Positions 1 through 11,408 of a stretch of DNA of 64,000 nt are shown here, piece by piece. The DNA lies in the IMG/VR virus record IMGVR_UViG_3300009180_000022, one strand, 5' to 3'. The translations under genes were made by a program, and so were the position numbers. Origin of the DNA: a virus. Position 1 is the stretch's first letter, and every line of letters starts with the position of its first letter. The notes beneath the pieces were generated by a model. The model saw nothing but the letters and a program-made list of their open reading frames with translations. It was not told the DNA's origin and did not search any database.

Positions 1-1
1 T

Positions 2-3000
2 ACTCAATTAGGTGCTGGTAATGCGCTGTTAATTGAAGATGATACTTCAACTGACGTAACTCCTACTGTTATTGATACTAACGGTGTTTTAGTGCGTGGT
101 GCTACTTCAAAAGCAAGTCACTGGTCTGCAAGTGTAGCCGCGCCTGAATCGTTCTTCGTTGGTAATTCCGGTTCATCTATAGGTGTAGGTATTATTGGTC
201 ATGCTACAAACCCAGTTATTCTGCTTGCAAGAACTGCTAATTCTACACTAGGTGGTAGGGCTCTTATAGCTGATAGTGATAATATAGGCACTATAACGTT
301 TGCGGGTGATGCTAATACTGGAAGCAATTTTTCGATAGGTGCTCGTATTATAGGTAAAATTAACGGTACGGCAAATGACACTTCACTACCAGGATCATTA
401 GATTTTCAGGTTACTCCAGCAAATGCGTTAGTACCAACGTCGAGAATGACAATAAATGCTAACGATACAATTACGTTTTCATCTAATTCTAATCTTAAAT
501 TAGGTGTTAGTGTTTTAGGTAATACTCAGCTGGCAATAGGTAGTACAACTTCCAACGCCACTCTAACTCAAACATCGTTAAACATAGGTACATCAACAAG
601 TAATGTACAGATAAATTCAAGCAGCCTGACTGTTGGTAATACTTCTTCTGGTACTGTCAACGCGTTTGCTATTAACTTAGGCGCAAACGTAAATATTAGT
701 ACTAGTGGATTAAACATAGGCAATTCTACTGTCAATACTTTTATAACTGCATCGTCTATCAGCACAAACGGTACGCTTACAATCACCGGTAATACAACAG
801 CCGGGCAGATTAATGCTACGAGTATTAATGCCAATAACCTGTCGCTATCTGGTAACTTAACTGTATCAGGTTCAATTACCTATCTTAACTCGACTACATT
901 AAACATAGGTGATAATTTAATTACACTTAATGCCGATCTTACCAATGTAACTGCACCTACTGAAAATGCAGGTATTGAGGTTAACAGGGGTTCTGCTGCT
1001 AATACTAGTTTTTTCTGGGATGAGACTAACGCAAGATGGACAGCAGCCAATAATACCTATATTGCAGGTACATTAACGACAACTGGTAATACAGTTGCTG
1101 CTCAAATTAACGCAACGAGTATCAACGTCGGTGCTAACGTAACTTTAAATACCACAGCAATTAGTGTAGGTAATAGTACAGTAAATTCTGTAATTACAAG
1201 CACATCAATATCTGGCAATGGTGCCGGTATCCTTAACGTTAATGCAGCTACCGTTGGTTCTAATACTGCTAGTGATCTGAGAACCTATTCAGAGACTCAG
1301 GCCGCTAATGCATACTCAACTGGGCAAGCTAACTCGGCTAACGCCACTAACATTACTAGTGGTACACTTGCAACTGCAAGATTACCGGCTACAGTTAACG
1401 TTGCAACAGTCATTAATGTAGGTGCAAATGTAGGGTTAGGAACTAGTCAGCTTACTATTGGCAATACAACTGTTAATAGTTTTTTAAATGCAACCAATTT
1501 AAAGGTTAACACTACAACGATTAGTAGTAATGCTTTAACTATTTCTGGTGCAAATGCTACTGCAAACGCAACTATTCTATTGCAGCTTGATGGTGGTCAG
1601 GCCCAGGTTGAACTAGGTGGATCAGTTGGTGCATACATAGACTTTAAGACACCGTATGCTGATGATTATGATTATAGATTATCGGCAGGCGATACTGGTT
1701 TTACTATTACTGCTAAATCTTCGACTAATGCAGCGAATTCACTTTTTATTGTTGCTGACTCCGTATTTGTAAATTCAGCGTTCACTGTTGCTAACAACAC
1801 CGGTAATACCTTTATAATGAATGCTAACGGTGATGTTGGCATCAATACTACTGGAGGAGGCGCTGGTGTATCTGATCTTCTTCACATCAGAAAAGATTCA
1901 AACACCAATATTGGTATAGTAGTACAAAATAGAGTCGCAAACCTTTCGGCACAATCCAGTATTAAATTTATTACCGGTCAGTTTGATTTATCCGACTCAA
2001 GGTATTCAGAAATATCCGGATTTACTACAGCGGGCGGGGCATCCGGGTTACAATTCCGAACCGGTAATGGTGCTGCGCCTTCCAACAGAATTACAATTTT
2101 ACCTGCTGGTAATGTTGGTATCTCTAATACTGCACCTGACGCAGCGCTGGCCGTTACTGGTGCTGCAAACGTATCTGGTAATGTAATAATTGGGGGTACG
2201 TTAAGTACTTCCGGTAACACTGTTGCTGCTCAAATTAACGCTACAAGTATTAACGTCGGTGCAAACGTAATTATAAGCACATCCCAAATAAATGTAGGTA
2301 ATAGTACTGTTAATACAGTTATAACAAGTACAAGTATAACAGGAAATGGCGCAGGGCTTACAACAGTTAATGCAGCCACTGTTGGATCAAATACCGCAGG
2401 TGATCTGAGAACATATTCTGAAACCCAGGCATCAAATGCGTATACAACAGCTGTTGCTAATACATCGAACGCCACTAACATTACAAGCGGCACTCTTGCA
2501 ACTGCAAGGCTACCGTCTACAGTAAACGTTGCAACGGTTATAAACGTTGGTGCCAACGTTAATCTTGGTGTGACCGATCTAAGGATCGGCAATTCAACTA
2601 TTAATGCTGTAATAAGTTCGACTGCACTTACTCTTTCAACTAATACCGCCACCTTTGGTAATGCAGCATATATCGCAGCTAACGGTAATATATCTGTCGG
2701 AACTACTGCATCTAATTGGAAGCTTCTTGTAAACGGACCTACAGTAGCTAACGTTGCTAACTCACAATCACTTGTAGCAAGATTTACAGCAAATAATCAG
2801 AATAGTGATGCGTTAGAAATAACCAATACACGAGGAACGGATGGAGGAGTATCAGGAGATTGGACAACAGCCGGGTTTAGACTACAACAAAAAGTTGATG
2901 CAACCTGGATGGGTTACATGCAGTACAATGGAACTACGTCTGGATTAAATAATGGTGGTATTAGTTTTGGTACTGGTCAAAGCACATCTAACGCAATTTC

Positions 3001-3853
3001 TATTACCGAAAGATTGAGAATTACTGGGACTGGTAACATAGGTATTTCAAATACCGCACCTGACGCTACATTAAAGGTAACAGGTACGGCAAACGTCTCT
3101 GGAGCCGTAGTTATTGGCGGTACTACATCGATTGCAGGTAACACTACAATCGATGCGACTACCCTGACTACACGTGCAATTACTGCAAATGCAATTAATG
3201 TTACTGTAACGGTAGCAACGACCGGTCTAGACATGAATGGATCTGATATTGTAGACGTTAATAGGATTAATATTTCTGATCCTGGTCCGTATGAAGGTAT
3301 TTTAATTGATGGTGGTTCAGGCTGGGCTATATTTGAATCACCAAACAATCTTACAACTAACGGTTCAGGTAACCTGCAGTTTGTAGTTGCTAATACCCGT
3401 GTTGGAACGATCACAAGTACTGGCATTGACACCCCCTTTAATGTCACTGCTAACTTAGCTTTAAGTGTAATAGATACTAACGGGACTGCAACTGTTAACT
3501 CAACTGTAGTATCGGTGGGTTCTGTTGCTATTGGTGCATCTCTTCAAAAGTTTATTACATTTACACCACCTGATACTTCTAGCAACCAGATAGCAGATAC
3601 AATAGCTATTGCCACATACAGATCGGTTAGATATACAATACAGGTAACTGGTGGAGGATTCTATCAGAGTTCGGAAGTATCCTTAATTCACAATGGTACC
3701 ACGGTATACAAGACTGAGTACGGTATAAATAGTACAACAGCGACATGGAGTACATGTGATGCCGACATAAGCGGTGGAAATATGAGACTTCTAGTCACCC
3801 CATTATACGCAGGATCTGTATACAAAATATTTAGAACAGCAATACCAGTATAA
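2..3853 (+). CDS. Long tail-fibre-like virion protein, 5'-truncated by window edge
   Basis: Frame is open from position 2 (the GTG at 92 is not a real start); >1280 aa, very N/T/S/G/A-rich, recurring GNVGI..TAP fibre motifs, internal duplication, C-terminal YRSVRYTIQV..EYG..DISGGNMRLLVTP domain typical of T4-like virion proteins. Confidence 0.8.
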   Translation, partial: TQLGAGNALLIEDDTSTDVTPTVIDTNGVLVRGATSKASHWSASVAAPESFFVGNSGSSIGVGIIGHATNPVILLARTANSTLGGRALIADSDNIGTITFAGDANTGSNFSIGARIIGKINGTANDTSLPGSLDFQVTPANALVPTSRMTINANDTITFSSNSNLKLGVSVLGNTQLAIGSTTSNATLTQTSLNIGTSTSNVQINSSSLTVGNTSSGTVNAFAINLGANVNISTSGLNIGNSTVNTFITASSISTNGTLTITGNTTAGQINATSINANNLSLSGNLTVSGSITYLNSTTLNIGDNLITLNADLTNVTAPTENAGIEVNRGSAANTSFFWDETNARWTAANNTYIAGTLTTTGNTVAAQINATSINVGANVTLNTTAISVGNSTVNSVITSTSISGNGAGILNVNAATVGSNTASDLRTYSETQAANAYSTGQANSANATNITSGTLATARLPATVNVATVINVGANVGLGTSQLTIGNTTVNSFLNATNLKVNTTTISSNALTISGANATANATILLQLDGGQAQVELGGSVGAYIDFKTPYADDYDYRLSAGDTGFTITAKSSTNAANSLFIVADSVFVNSAFTVANNTGNTFIMNANGDVGINTTGGGAGVSDLLHIRKDSNTNIGIVVQNRVANLSAQSSIKFITGQFDLSDSRYSEISGFTTAGGASGLQFRTGNGAAPSNRITILPAGNVGISNTAPDAALAVTGAANVSGNVIIGGTLSTSGNTVAAQINATSINVGANVIISTSQINVGNSTVNTVITSTSITGNGAGLTTVNAATVGSNTAGDLRTYSETQASNAYTTAVANTSNATNITSGTLATARLPSTVNVATVINVGANVNLGVTDLRIGNSTINAVISSTALTLSTNTATFGNAAYIAANGNISVGTTASNWKLLVNGPTVANVANSQSLVARFTANNQNSDALEITNTRGTDGGVSGDWTTAGFRLQQKVDATWMGYMQYNGTTSGLNNGGISFGTGQSTSNAISITERLRITGTGNIGISNTAPDATLKVTGTANVSGAVVIGGTTSIAGNTTIDATTLTTRAITANAINVTVTVATTGLDMNGSDIVDVNRINISDPGPYEGILIDGGSGWAIFESPNNLTTNGSGNLQFVVANTRVGTITSTGIDTPFNVTANLALSVIDTNGTATVNSTVVSVGSVAIGASLQKFITFTPPDTSSNQIADTIAIATYRSVRYTIQVTGGGFYQSSEVSLIHNGTTVYKTEYGINSTTATWSTCDADISGGNMRLLVTPLYAGSVYKIFRTAIPV
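1067..2605 (+). repeat. Internal ~135-aa duplication in the fibre gene (copies ~1067-1477 and ~2195-2605)
   Basis: Both copies read GTL.T.GNTVAAQINATSINVGANV...GNGAG...VNAATVGSNTA.DLRTYSETQA.NAY...NATNITSGTLATARLP.TVNVATVINVGANV. Confidence 0.9.
3724..3731 (+). promoter_or_regulatory. T4-type late promoter TATAAATA upstream of the paralog triplet
   Basis: Exact gp55 consensus 155 bp before ATG 3887, inside the preceding CDS. Confidence 0.5.
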
Positions 3854-3886
3854 CAATTAATCGCCTTTAATAGAGAGTGAAATTAA

Positions 3887-5230
3887 ATGGCAACAATAAA
3901 ACCCTTCACGGTCAATAATGGCCTTGAAGTAAATAGCAATGCTAACGTAGCTACCTACGTTAGCGCATACGACTACTACCAGACGGCGGTGCTAGGTCCA
4001 ATCCAGCAGCCTTCATTTGCTGTTGATCTCGTTAATACTAATCGCCTTGATTCAAGAATCCTATTTACCCGGGCATCAAAGGCATCCTATGTTAACTCAC
4101 AGGGCGTAATAGCATATGCTGATATAAATGAGCCTAGGTTTGAAAGTAGATCTGAAAGTCCGTACTCACAGCTAGGTCTTTTAATAGAAGAGTCAAGAGC
4201 TAATAGACTTATATTCTCAGGGGAGTTGCATAGATATACCGGCAGCGGCGGTACTGCTGTTGCAAATACCAATATCACTGCGCCAGATGGTACGTTTACA
4301 GCAACTACATTTACTGAAAATACCGATACGAGTCACTATATACCTGTAAATTTTCACAGCACACCACCATCATTAGGTACGGTATTTACCGTTTCGGTAT
4401 TTGTGAAACCTAATGGAAGAACAAAATTTCAAATACAAACAGGCGGTGATAATTTAGTATGCCAGTTTTACCTAGACACTCTCACCTTTAATATTAGTAC
4501 GGCAATTGCAGGGTCAGCATCAATTACACCTTTTAATAACGGATGGTATAGATGTTCGGCATCATTTACAGCCGGTGCGGCATTAAACTCTATTCTTCTT
4601 ATTCTTTTAGATAATACACCTACTGGTAGTTACCAGGGTGATGAAGTCAGTGGGATGCACTTTTGGGGTGCTCAAAGTGAAAATGGAAGTTGGGCAACTT
4701 CATACATCCCAACTACAGACGTTTCAGCAACCCGTGCACTCGATGTTGCAAATGTACAAGATGGCGCTTTTAGAAATTTTTTCAATCAGTCCGCCGGAAC
4801 GTTATATGCTAAGTATATCAGATTAGTATCAGCAACCGGTGGTTTAACTGGTAGAGTGTTCAGCCTTACCGATGTTACTCGTTTAAATATAATGGAATTA
4901 TATATTAGTAGTATTATGGAGCCTGGCGGCCAGTTTGTATCGGAAGGGGTCGACCAGGCAAGTTATATAATAGGGGCTGTAGCAGCTAATACACTTATAA
5001 AATCTGCAATAACATACGGTATCAGTAACACAAACGTGTTCTATAATGCTGCATCTAATGGCACGTTAGGAGGTAATGCAACAAAGTTAGCTATAGATAT
5101 ACCTTTAGTAGATAGGGCTGATATTGGAAATAGAGATAGCTTAACCAGGCCGCTAAATGGTTACATACAGCAAATTAGATATTATCCTACCCGTCTATCT
5201 GATTCAGACTTGCAAGTACTAACAACATAA
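3887..5230 (+). CDS. Virion spike/fibre-associated protein with carbohydrate-binding/LamG-like domains, paralog 1
   Basis: FTRAS.A.Y...NEPRF...GLLIEE.R.N, TAPDG, GWYRC, WGAQ.E..ATSYIPT and LNG.I..I.YYP motifs shared with the next two ORFs. Confidence 0.65.
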   Translation: MATIKPFTVNNGLEVNSNANVATYVSAYDYYQTAVLGPIQQPSFAVDLVNTNRLDSRILFTRASKASYVNSQGVIAYADINEPRFESRSESPYSQLGLLIEESRANRLIFSGELHRYTGSGGTAVANTNITAPDGTFTATTFTENTDTSHYIPVNFHSTPPSLGTVFTVSVFVKPNGRTKFQIQTGGDNLVCQFYLDTLTFNISTAIAGSASITPFNNGWYRCSASFTAGAALNSILLILLDNTPTGSYQGDEVSGMHFWGAQSENGSWATSYIPTTDVSATRALDVANVQDGAFRNFFNQSAGTLYAKYIRLVSATGGLTGRVFSLTDVTRLNIMELYISSIMEPGGQFVSEGVDQASYIIGAVAANTLIKSAITYGISNTNVFYNAASNGTLGGNATKLAIDIPLVDRADIGNRDSLTRPLNGYIQQIRYYPTRLSDSDLQVLTT

Positions 5231-5231
5231 T

Positions 5232-6578
5232 ATGGCAACAGAAAACGATTTTATAACCCCTGCCGGACTTTATGTTTATGAGACCGCAAACGTGGTCGGA
5301 AATACAACGTCTTCAGACATGTATGCCGAAATTACTGAATCCTTATCTCAACCTAGTGTAATGTTTGATTTTTATAAATCAAAAAAACTGGATTCAAGAT
5401 TAGAATTTACAAGGGCAACTATCGGATCATATTACGATGCAGATGGTATTCTATCATACGCTGCAGTCAATGAACCTAGGTTTGATTATGACCCTGTGAC
5501 CGGTATATCGAAAGGTTTATTAATTGAAGAAGCAAGAACTAATTTACTAACTTACAGTGAACAATTTGATAATGCATCATGGTCCATAGGAGCAGCAACT
5601 ATTACCTCAAATGCTACTACTGCACCAGATGGAAGTTTTACTGCTGATTTATTTGTAGAAGATACAAACAACAATTCACATTCAATATCGCCTACAGTAA
5701 ATATTAACATAGGCACAAATTATACTTTCTCAGTATATGCCAGAGCAGGAACTCGTTCAGTTATTGAGTTAGCTGGGCTAGGTTTTTCTGCGCAAGGATA
5801 TACTGCTATTTTTGATCTTTCGACGGGATTAATGACAAGCAATATTGGCGGATTTGGTAAAATAATTAATGCCGGTAATGGTTGGTATAGATGCCAATTT
5901 GTTGTCACTGCATCTGGGGGTTCAACACCAGTAATTTATTTAAATAATGGTACATCATCTGTATATACTGGCGATGGCACATCTGGAATATACGTATGGG
6001 GCGCGCAACTCGAAGTTGGACCTTGCGCAACATCTTACATACCAACAATTGCATCTACTGTTACAAGATCTCAGGATGTAACATTTATAAAGGATGATAA
6101 CTTTAGTAGCTGGTATACTGCAAATTGTGTTGTTTATGTTGAGGTTAGTGGAACCAATGTTAGTACACCACCCTACCCGGTTATATTTCATTTAGATAAT
6201 GATGAGTCTACGAGTTTTATAGGATTGATTTACTATGGTGGTTCTCCAAACCTAGGCAATATTAGTGTAAGGACTAGTAACGGCATAACCTATAATGAAA
6301 ATGTAATTAGTTCCGGTACAGTTGTAAACGATACATTCTGCAAAATAGCTGTACTAATAAACAATCAACCTGGTAACACAAGCAATTACATAACTGGATA
6401 TGTTAACGGAGTAGGAACAACGTTTACTAACTCAGCGTTACCAACCGATATTACCAGGCTGCGCATTGGAACATATCGATACGATCAACAGCTTAACGGC
6501 CATATAAAGAAGATTGCTTTCTATCAACTTACAGGCACAAATGCAACTGCCAATAGCCTTATGGCAATGACCTTATAA
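5232..6578 (+). CDS. Virion spike/fibre-associated lectin-like protein, paralog 2
   Basis: Same motif series (FTRAT, NEPRFDYD, GLLIEEARTN, WGAQLE, TSYIPT, LNGHIKKI). Confidence 0.65.
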   Translation: MATENDFITPAGLYVYETANVVGNTTSSDMYAEITESLSQPSVMFDFYKSKKLDSRLEFTRATIGSYYDADGILSYAAVNEPRFDYDPVTGISKGLLIEEARTNLLTYSEQFDNASWSIGAATITSNATTAPDGSFTADLFVEDTNNNSHSISPTVNINIGTNYTFSVYARAGTRSVIELAGLGFSAQGYTAIFDLSTGLMTSNIGGFGKIINAGNGWYRCQFVVTASGGSTPVIYLNNGTSSVYTGDGTSGIYVWGAQLEVGPCATSYIPTIASTVTRSQDVTFIKDDNFSSWYTANCVVYVEVSGTNVSTPPYPVIFHLDNDESTSFIGLIYYGGSPNLGNISVRTSNGITYNENVISSGTVVNDTFCKIAVLINNQPGNTSNYITGYVNGVGTTFTNSALPTDITRLRIGTYRYDQQLNGHIKKIAFYQLTGTNATANSLMAMTL

Positions 6579-6584
6579 AAACAT

Positions 6585-7859
6585 ATGGCAACAAATCGAA
6601 ATTTTATTGTTAAGCAGGGTATACAGGTAGGCACGTCAGCCAATGTGATAGGCGATTTTACGTCTAACACTTACAGTTCTAATAAATACAATATAACCGG
6701 CAATCCATCGTTTGTTATGGATTTCTTAAAGTCACCGGTACTAGACTCCAGGGTAACATTTACTAGATCAAGTAAAGCAACCTATGTTAACCAACAAGGT
6801 ATTGTAACTACAGCCCAGGTCAATACTCCACGCTTTGAGTATGACTACGCTACAGGGGAGTTCCTTGGATTGTTGCTTGAACCGTCGGTAACTAACATTA
6901 TACAAAGCAGCTCAAATTACAATGATGTATCTACTGCTTGGAGCTATTACGGATCAGCATTTACAATACCTAACACTACGATTGCTCCTGACGGAACGAA
7001 TACAGCAAGTACCCTCCTTCAAGCCACAGATATAAGTACCGGCGGACATAACATTTATCAGATAGCTACTGTAGTAACTGGTAACTATTATGTGTTTAGT
7101 TTATGGGTGAAGAGTGCCGGTGCCACGACCATAACGATAAGAATAAGAGATAGTAATGCTGGTGACGCATCTACAGCAGTTACATTAACCAATAACTGGC
7201 AAAGAATATATGCTTCATACTTTATACCTACTACAGCAACAACATCTGGTACAAGGTTTATGATTGGTTTGGCTGATGGTGATGTTTATATTTGGGGCGC
7301 GCAGGTTGAAAGGGGCGGCAGACCAACATCTTATACTCCTACCGATAATGCAACAGTAGTACGTGCTTCTGATTATGCTTATGTCGCCGGTGACGGATTT
7401 AATAGTTTCTTCAACCAAACAGCCGGATCACTAATTGTATCTTACAGCATGCCCAAAGATAGCGTAGAATCCACCTTTAATTTAATTGCAGGGTTCTCTG
7501 ATGGGTCGTTCGCCAATTCAATTACCATTTACGAGCGTTCAATAGATGATACCAATCGATTAAGCTACAGATCCAATAATATTGTATCGTTTGATATAAC
7601 TAATAGTACTGCATACACATATAATAACAATACAAGTAAAGTTATATTAACCTATGGTGCTGGAAGCTATTCCTTATCAGTTGCTTCTAGCACTACGGTT
7701 ACTGGTACTGCAGCTATCTTGCCTAATATGACTATGCTAGGAATAGGTACTAACTATCACACTGGCGGTAGCCTTGATGCAATTAACGGACATATAAAGC
7801 GAGTTGCTTTTTATCCAAGACAGTTTTCTAGTAACGAGTTGACTTCCCTCATATCCTAA
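6585..7859 (+). CDS. Virion spike/fibre-associated lectin-like protein, paralog 3
   Basis: Same motif series (FTRSS, TPRFEYD, GLLLEPS.TN, WGAQVE, TSYTPT, INGHIKRVAFYP). Confidence 0.65.
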   Translation: MATNRNFIVKQGIQVGTSANVIGDFTSNTYSSNKYNITGNPSFVMDFLKSPVLDSRVTFTRSSKATYVNQQGIVTTAQVNTPRFEYDYATGEFLGLLLEPSVTNIIQSSSNYNDVSTAWSYYGSAFTIPNTTIAPDGTNTASTLLQATDISTGGHNIYQIATVVTGNYYVFSLWVKSAGATTITIRIRDSNAGDASTAVTLTNNWQRIYASYFIPTTATTSGTRFMIGLADGDVYIWGAQVERGGRPTSYTPTDNATVVRASDYAYVAGDGFNSFFNQTAGSLIVSYSMPKDSVESTFNLIAGFSDGSFANSITIYERSIDDTNRLSYRSNNIVSFDITNSTAYTYNNNTSKVILTYGAGSYSLSVASSTTVTGTAAILPNMTMLGIGTNYHTGGSLDAINGHIKRVAFYPRQFSSNELTSLIS

Positions 7860-7894
7860 CATGCTAAGTACTAACACTATAAACGGAGAAAATA

Positions 7895-8395
7895 ATGGCT
7901 TTTAGACTTACCGGTACCGAGCCGTATCAGGTACCCACAAATGCTGATTTAGGATCAATGGCGTATCAAGACGTCAATGGTGCTAGTATGGCTCAGGCAA
8001 ATATAGCCTACCTTTACGTTAATGGCGGAGATGCAACCAACGTACTTGCCTTAGATGATATTTCAGTCCGCTTTGATGGAGATGCAAGAACATTTACCCT
8101 ATCAATTGATAACTTTAATATTATTCCAGTAGCCCCAGAACAAATGCTAATTAGCATTGGTGGTATTATAGTTCAGCCTTTTATAAATACGGTAGATAAC
8201 GTTTATACACCAGTTACAGATAGCATTGGATTCAATAAAGGGTACGTGGTTAATAGCGATGGCACTATTACATTCTCTTTTGCACCTCAGCTAGGTATGG
8301 ATTTCGACGGAAGAATGCTTAACAATTCGCAAACTTACGCCACAAATAGATCTTACCCCTTTAAACCGCTTTCAATAGCATATTCAGATTATTAA
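7895..8395 (+). CDS. Putative virion structural protein
   Basis: GGAG RBS; QVPTNADLGSMAYQD and LDDIS..FDG..RTFTL..GGIIVQP motifs seen in T4-like virion proteins; structural context. Confidence 0.55.
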   Translation: MAFRLTGTEPYQVPTNADLGSMAYQDVNGASMAQANIAYLYVNGGDATNVLALDDISVRFDGDARTFTLSIDNFNIIPVAPEQMLISIGGIIVQPFINTVDNVYTPVTDSIGFNKGYVVNSDGTITFSFAPQLGMDFDGRMLNNSQTYATNRSYPFKPLSIAYSDY

Positions 8396-8407
8396 CGGAG
8401 AAAATAT

Positions 8408-11402
8408 ATGGCGCGTCGTGTCCTTTATGAAACTAATTATACCTTTACACCGTCTACAAAGACAATTGTAATCCAGCGTTTTATTCCTCGTGAGAGACTT
8501 GTTCTCATTACGAACGTAACAACTGGCATTCCAATCTTTAACTTCTCCGATTCGAGGTTAACAGCAACAAGCTATACTGCAACCTCTACTTCAACAGGTA
8601 CATCTGGTGGACAAGGTACTACAACCATTGTATTAGCGTATAATACAACCAGTATGCTTTCGACCCACAAACTTCAGATCATGATAGATGAAGTTACAGA
8701 GTTCATTGCACCCTCTGAGACGCTAATGGATCCTGTTGGTAAGCTACGTGTTTCCACACCTCAGTCGCTAATTGATACTGACTTTGAATACGGTCTACAG
8801 CCAACAAAGTGGGAAAACATTCAGCTAGTAAACAACAGAGCGTCTATCTTTACATCTCAAAATGCACCTAGAGCTGACATTACTAACATTCAGACTACTA
8901 GTGGATCGAGACTGGCATTTGCTAATTCAGTTTCTGCACCTGCGAATGGTTCTATCATACAGGTATTATTTACTTCATTAGAACCTGCCGAAGGTTATTT
9001 TGTTACTGAGCAATCAAACTCTACTGGATTCCAGTACTCGATGAAGCAGACAGCTAATACAACTGGTAGTATTTACATCACCAACCAGACCCAGGTATTT
9101 AACGGTAACCTATACTCTGGTGCAAATTTAAACATTACAACAATTAGTAATACCTCAACCGTAACTACAGTTAATACTGCCGGTCCTCACGGCCTGGTCA
9201 CTGGCAACTATATTATTTCTAGAAATTACACAGCAACAACTAACCCTCCGAACGGCACATTTGTGGTTAGATCAGTACCAGCTGCTAATTCCTTTATATT
9301 TGATGCTGTTGCAGCACCAACCGGGACTCTTGCAGCTGGTACCATAGTTCCAAGACCAGAAGGTAAGTTTTTACACAGACCATTCGACGGTGGAGTACAA
9401 TACAGCACTGGAAGTTCAGCCCATGGATATCAAGTTGCAAGACAAACTCGAAGATATTTCCGTTACCAATCTGGTAAAGGCATTCAAATGTCTACCAATG
9501 CTGTCTTTAAACCTGGATTTAACGTTGATCAAATTTCTAATTCAGGGGCAACAGTCACTGTTAGAACCAAACAACCTCATTATCTAAACACCGGAGTTTC
9601 TATTTCTGTGTCAGGATGTACACCAACAGCATATAATGGTACATTTACAGTACTTACCGTAATTGATAGCTATACATTTACCTATACTGCAGGCTCAACA
9701 CCAGGAGCATTAACAGCTGGTATTCCTTATGTTGTTGTAAACAGTTGGTCAAATGCTGGTGTTAGAATTGGTATGTTTGACTCACAAAACGGATTCTATT
9801 ATGAATTTGATGGTAGTACGTTGTATGCTGTGAGAAGAAATGCTACTGCACAGTTGTCAGGTACAGTTACTGTAGCATCCGGATCACAAAGTGTGACCGG
9901 TGTAAATACATATTTACCATTACAAGCTGCACCCGGTGATTTTATTGTTATAAGAGGGCAGACATACAGAATTGGAACTATTGCTTCAAATACATCCTTT
10001 ACTATCATACCTGAATATAGAGGTAGTAATATGGCCGGTGTATCGATTAGTAAGGTGCAGGAAACAAGGGTAGCTCAATCTGCCTGGAACATTGATTATA
10101 TGGATGGTACTGGTCCATCTGGATATACACTTGATCTAACTAAAACTCAAATGTTATACATGGATTATTCTTGGTATGGGGCCGGTAGTATTAGATACGG
10201 TTTCAAGGACATTAAAGGTGAGGTAGTTTATTGCCACCGCTACGTACACAATAACTCTCAAACCGAGGCATACATCAGATCAGGTAACTTACCAGCCAGG
10301 TATGAAACAAATACCCTTGGGGCTGTAACTAAATTAGGTGCATCTATTACAGGAACTGCTACAACACTGACTGTTGCTAGTACAACTGACTTCCCAACCA
10401 CTGGTAGTGTTTTAATCGCAGACCCTGCATCATTTGAGTATTGCACGTATACTGGTAAAACCTCTACTACATTTACCGGGCTTACAAGGGGCATTGCAGG
10501 GTCAGCCCTATCTACTATTGTAACTACAGCAGGTAGTGCAACTGTTACAGGAGCCGCACTCACAACGTCTGCCGTTCAGGTTGGTATGTTCGTATCAGGT
10601 ACCGGTATCCCAGAAGGTACATTTGTTATATCTGTAGCAACTGGTGTGTCAGCGGTTCTTTCTCAAGCAGCTACTGCTTCAGGTACAATCACCTTAACTA
10701 CATTTACAATGGGTGCTGCTAATGCCGCCCACACATTCTCTGCAACAGCACCGATTGGTATTTACGGTCATTCACCACAATTCTCACCATTAGTAAGCCA
10801 TTGGGGAACTTCGGTTATTATGGATGGTAGATTTGATGATGATAAGTCTTTCGTTTTTACTACCGGCATGACTAATGTATTAAGCGTTGACGCTGCGAAT
10901 ACTAATGCATTAGTTAGTCTTCGAATTGCACCTTCGGTTGACTCTGGTCTAACAGGTGTTCTAGGCATTAAGGAATTAGTTAACCGAATGCAACTTACAC
11001 TGCGTAAAGTATCTGTTCGTGCAAACGGCAACATGCTGGTTCAATTATACCTAAACGGTATTACATCTGGTTCTGCAACGTTTGGTCAGCCAACTGCAAA
11101 CCCATCAAGTCTGGCTCAAATTGCAACACATGCAGCTAATACAACTATATCTGGCGGTGAAGTTATTTACGCATTTTATACTGATCAAGGCGGCTCTGGT
11201 ACTTTTGGATCAACATCAGAAGACATTAACTTGATTCGTGATTTAGGTAACGGCATACTTGGTAGGAACAAATAATTTTGCTAATTCATCAGGTCAGGCT
11301 TACCCAGATGCACCAGATATTTTAACGGTAGTTGTTACAAATCTTGAAGGAACAGCAAGAACCGCTGCAACACGTATTGCATGGACGGAAGCACAAGCTT
11401 AA
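8408..11402 (+). CDS. Large virion structural protein; last 45 codons lie in the +1 frame (apparent 1-nt insertion near 11264)
   Basis: ORF 8408-11275 (GKLRVSTPQSLIDTDFEYGLQPTKWE, RQTRRYFRYQSGKG, YSWYGAG, SHWGTSVIMDGRFDDDK); the shifted frame continues GTNNFANSSGQAYPDAPDILTVVV...WTEAQA* to TAA 11400-11402, 6 nt before the next ATG. Confidence 0.7.
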
Positions 11403-11408
11403 TACAAA

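Noticed and set aside
199-3447. Several minus-strand ORFs within the fibre gene (and similar ones across core genes)
   Set aside because: Antisense shadows from biased codon usage; no RBS or motifs
3887-7859. Diversity-generating retroelement acting on the paralogs
   Set aside because: No reverse transcriptase and no near-identical TR/VR pair with adenine-specific differences seen
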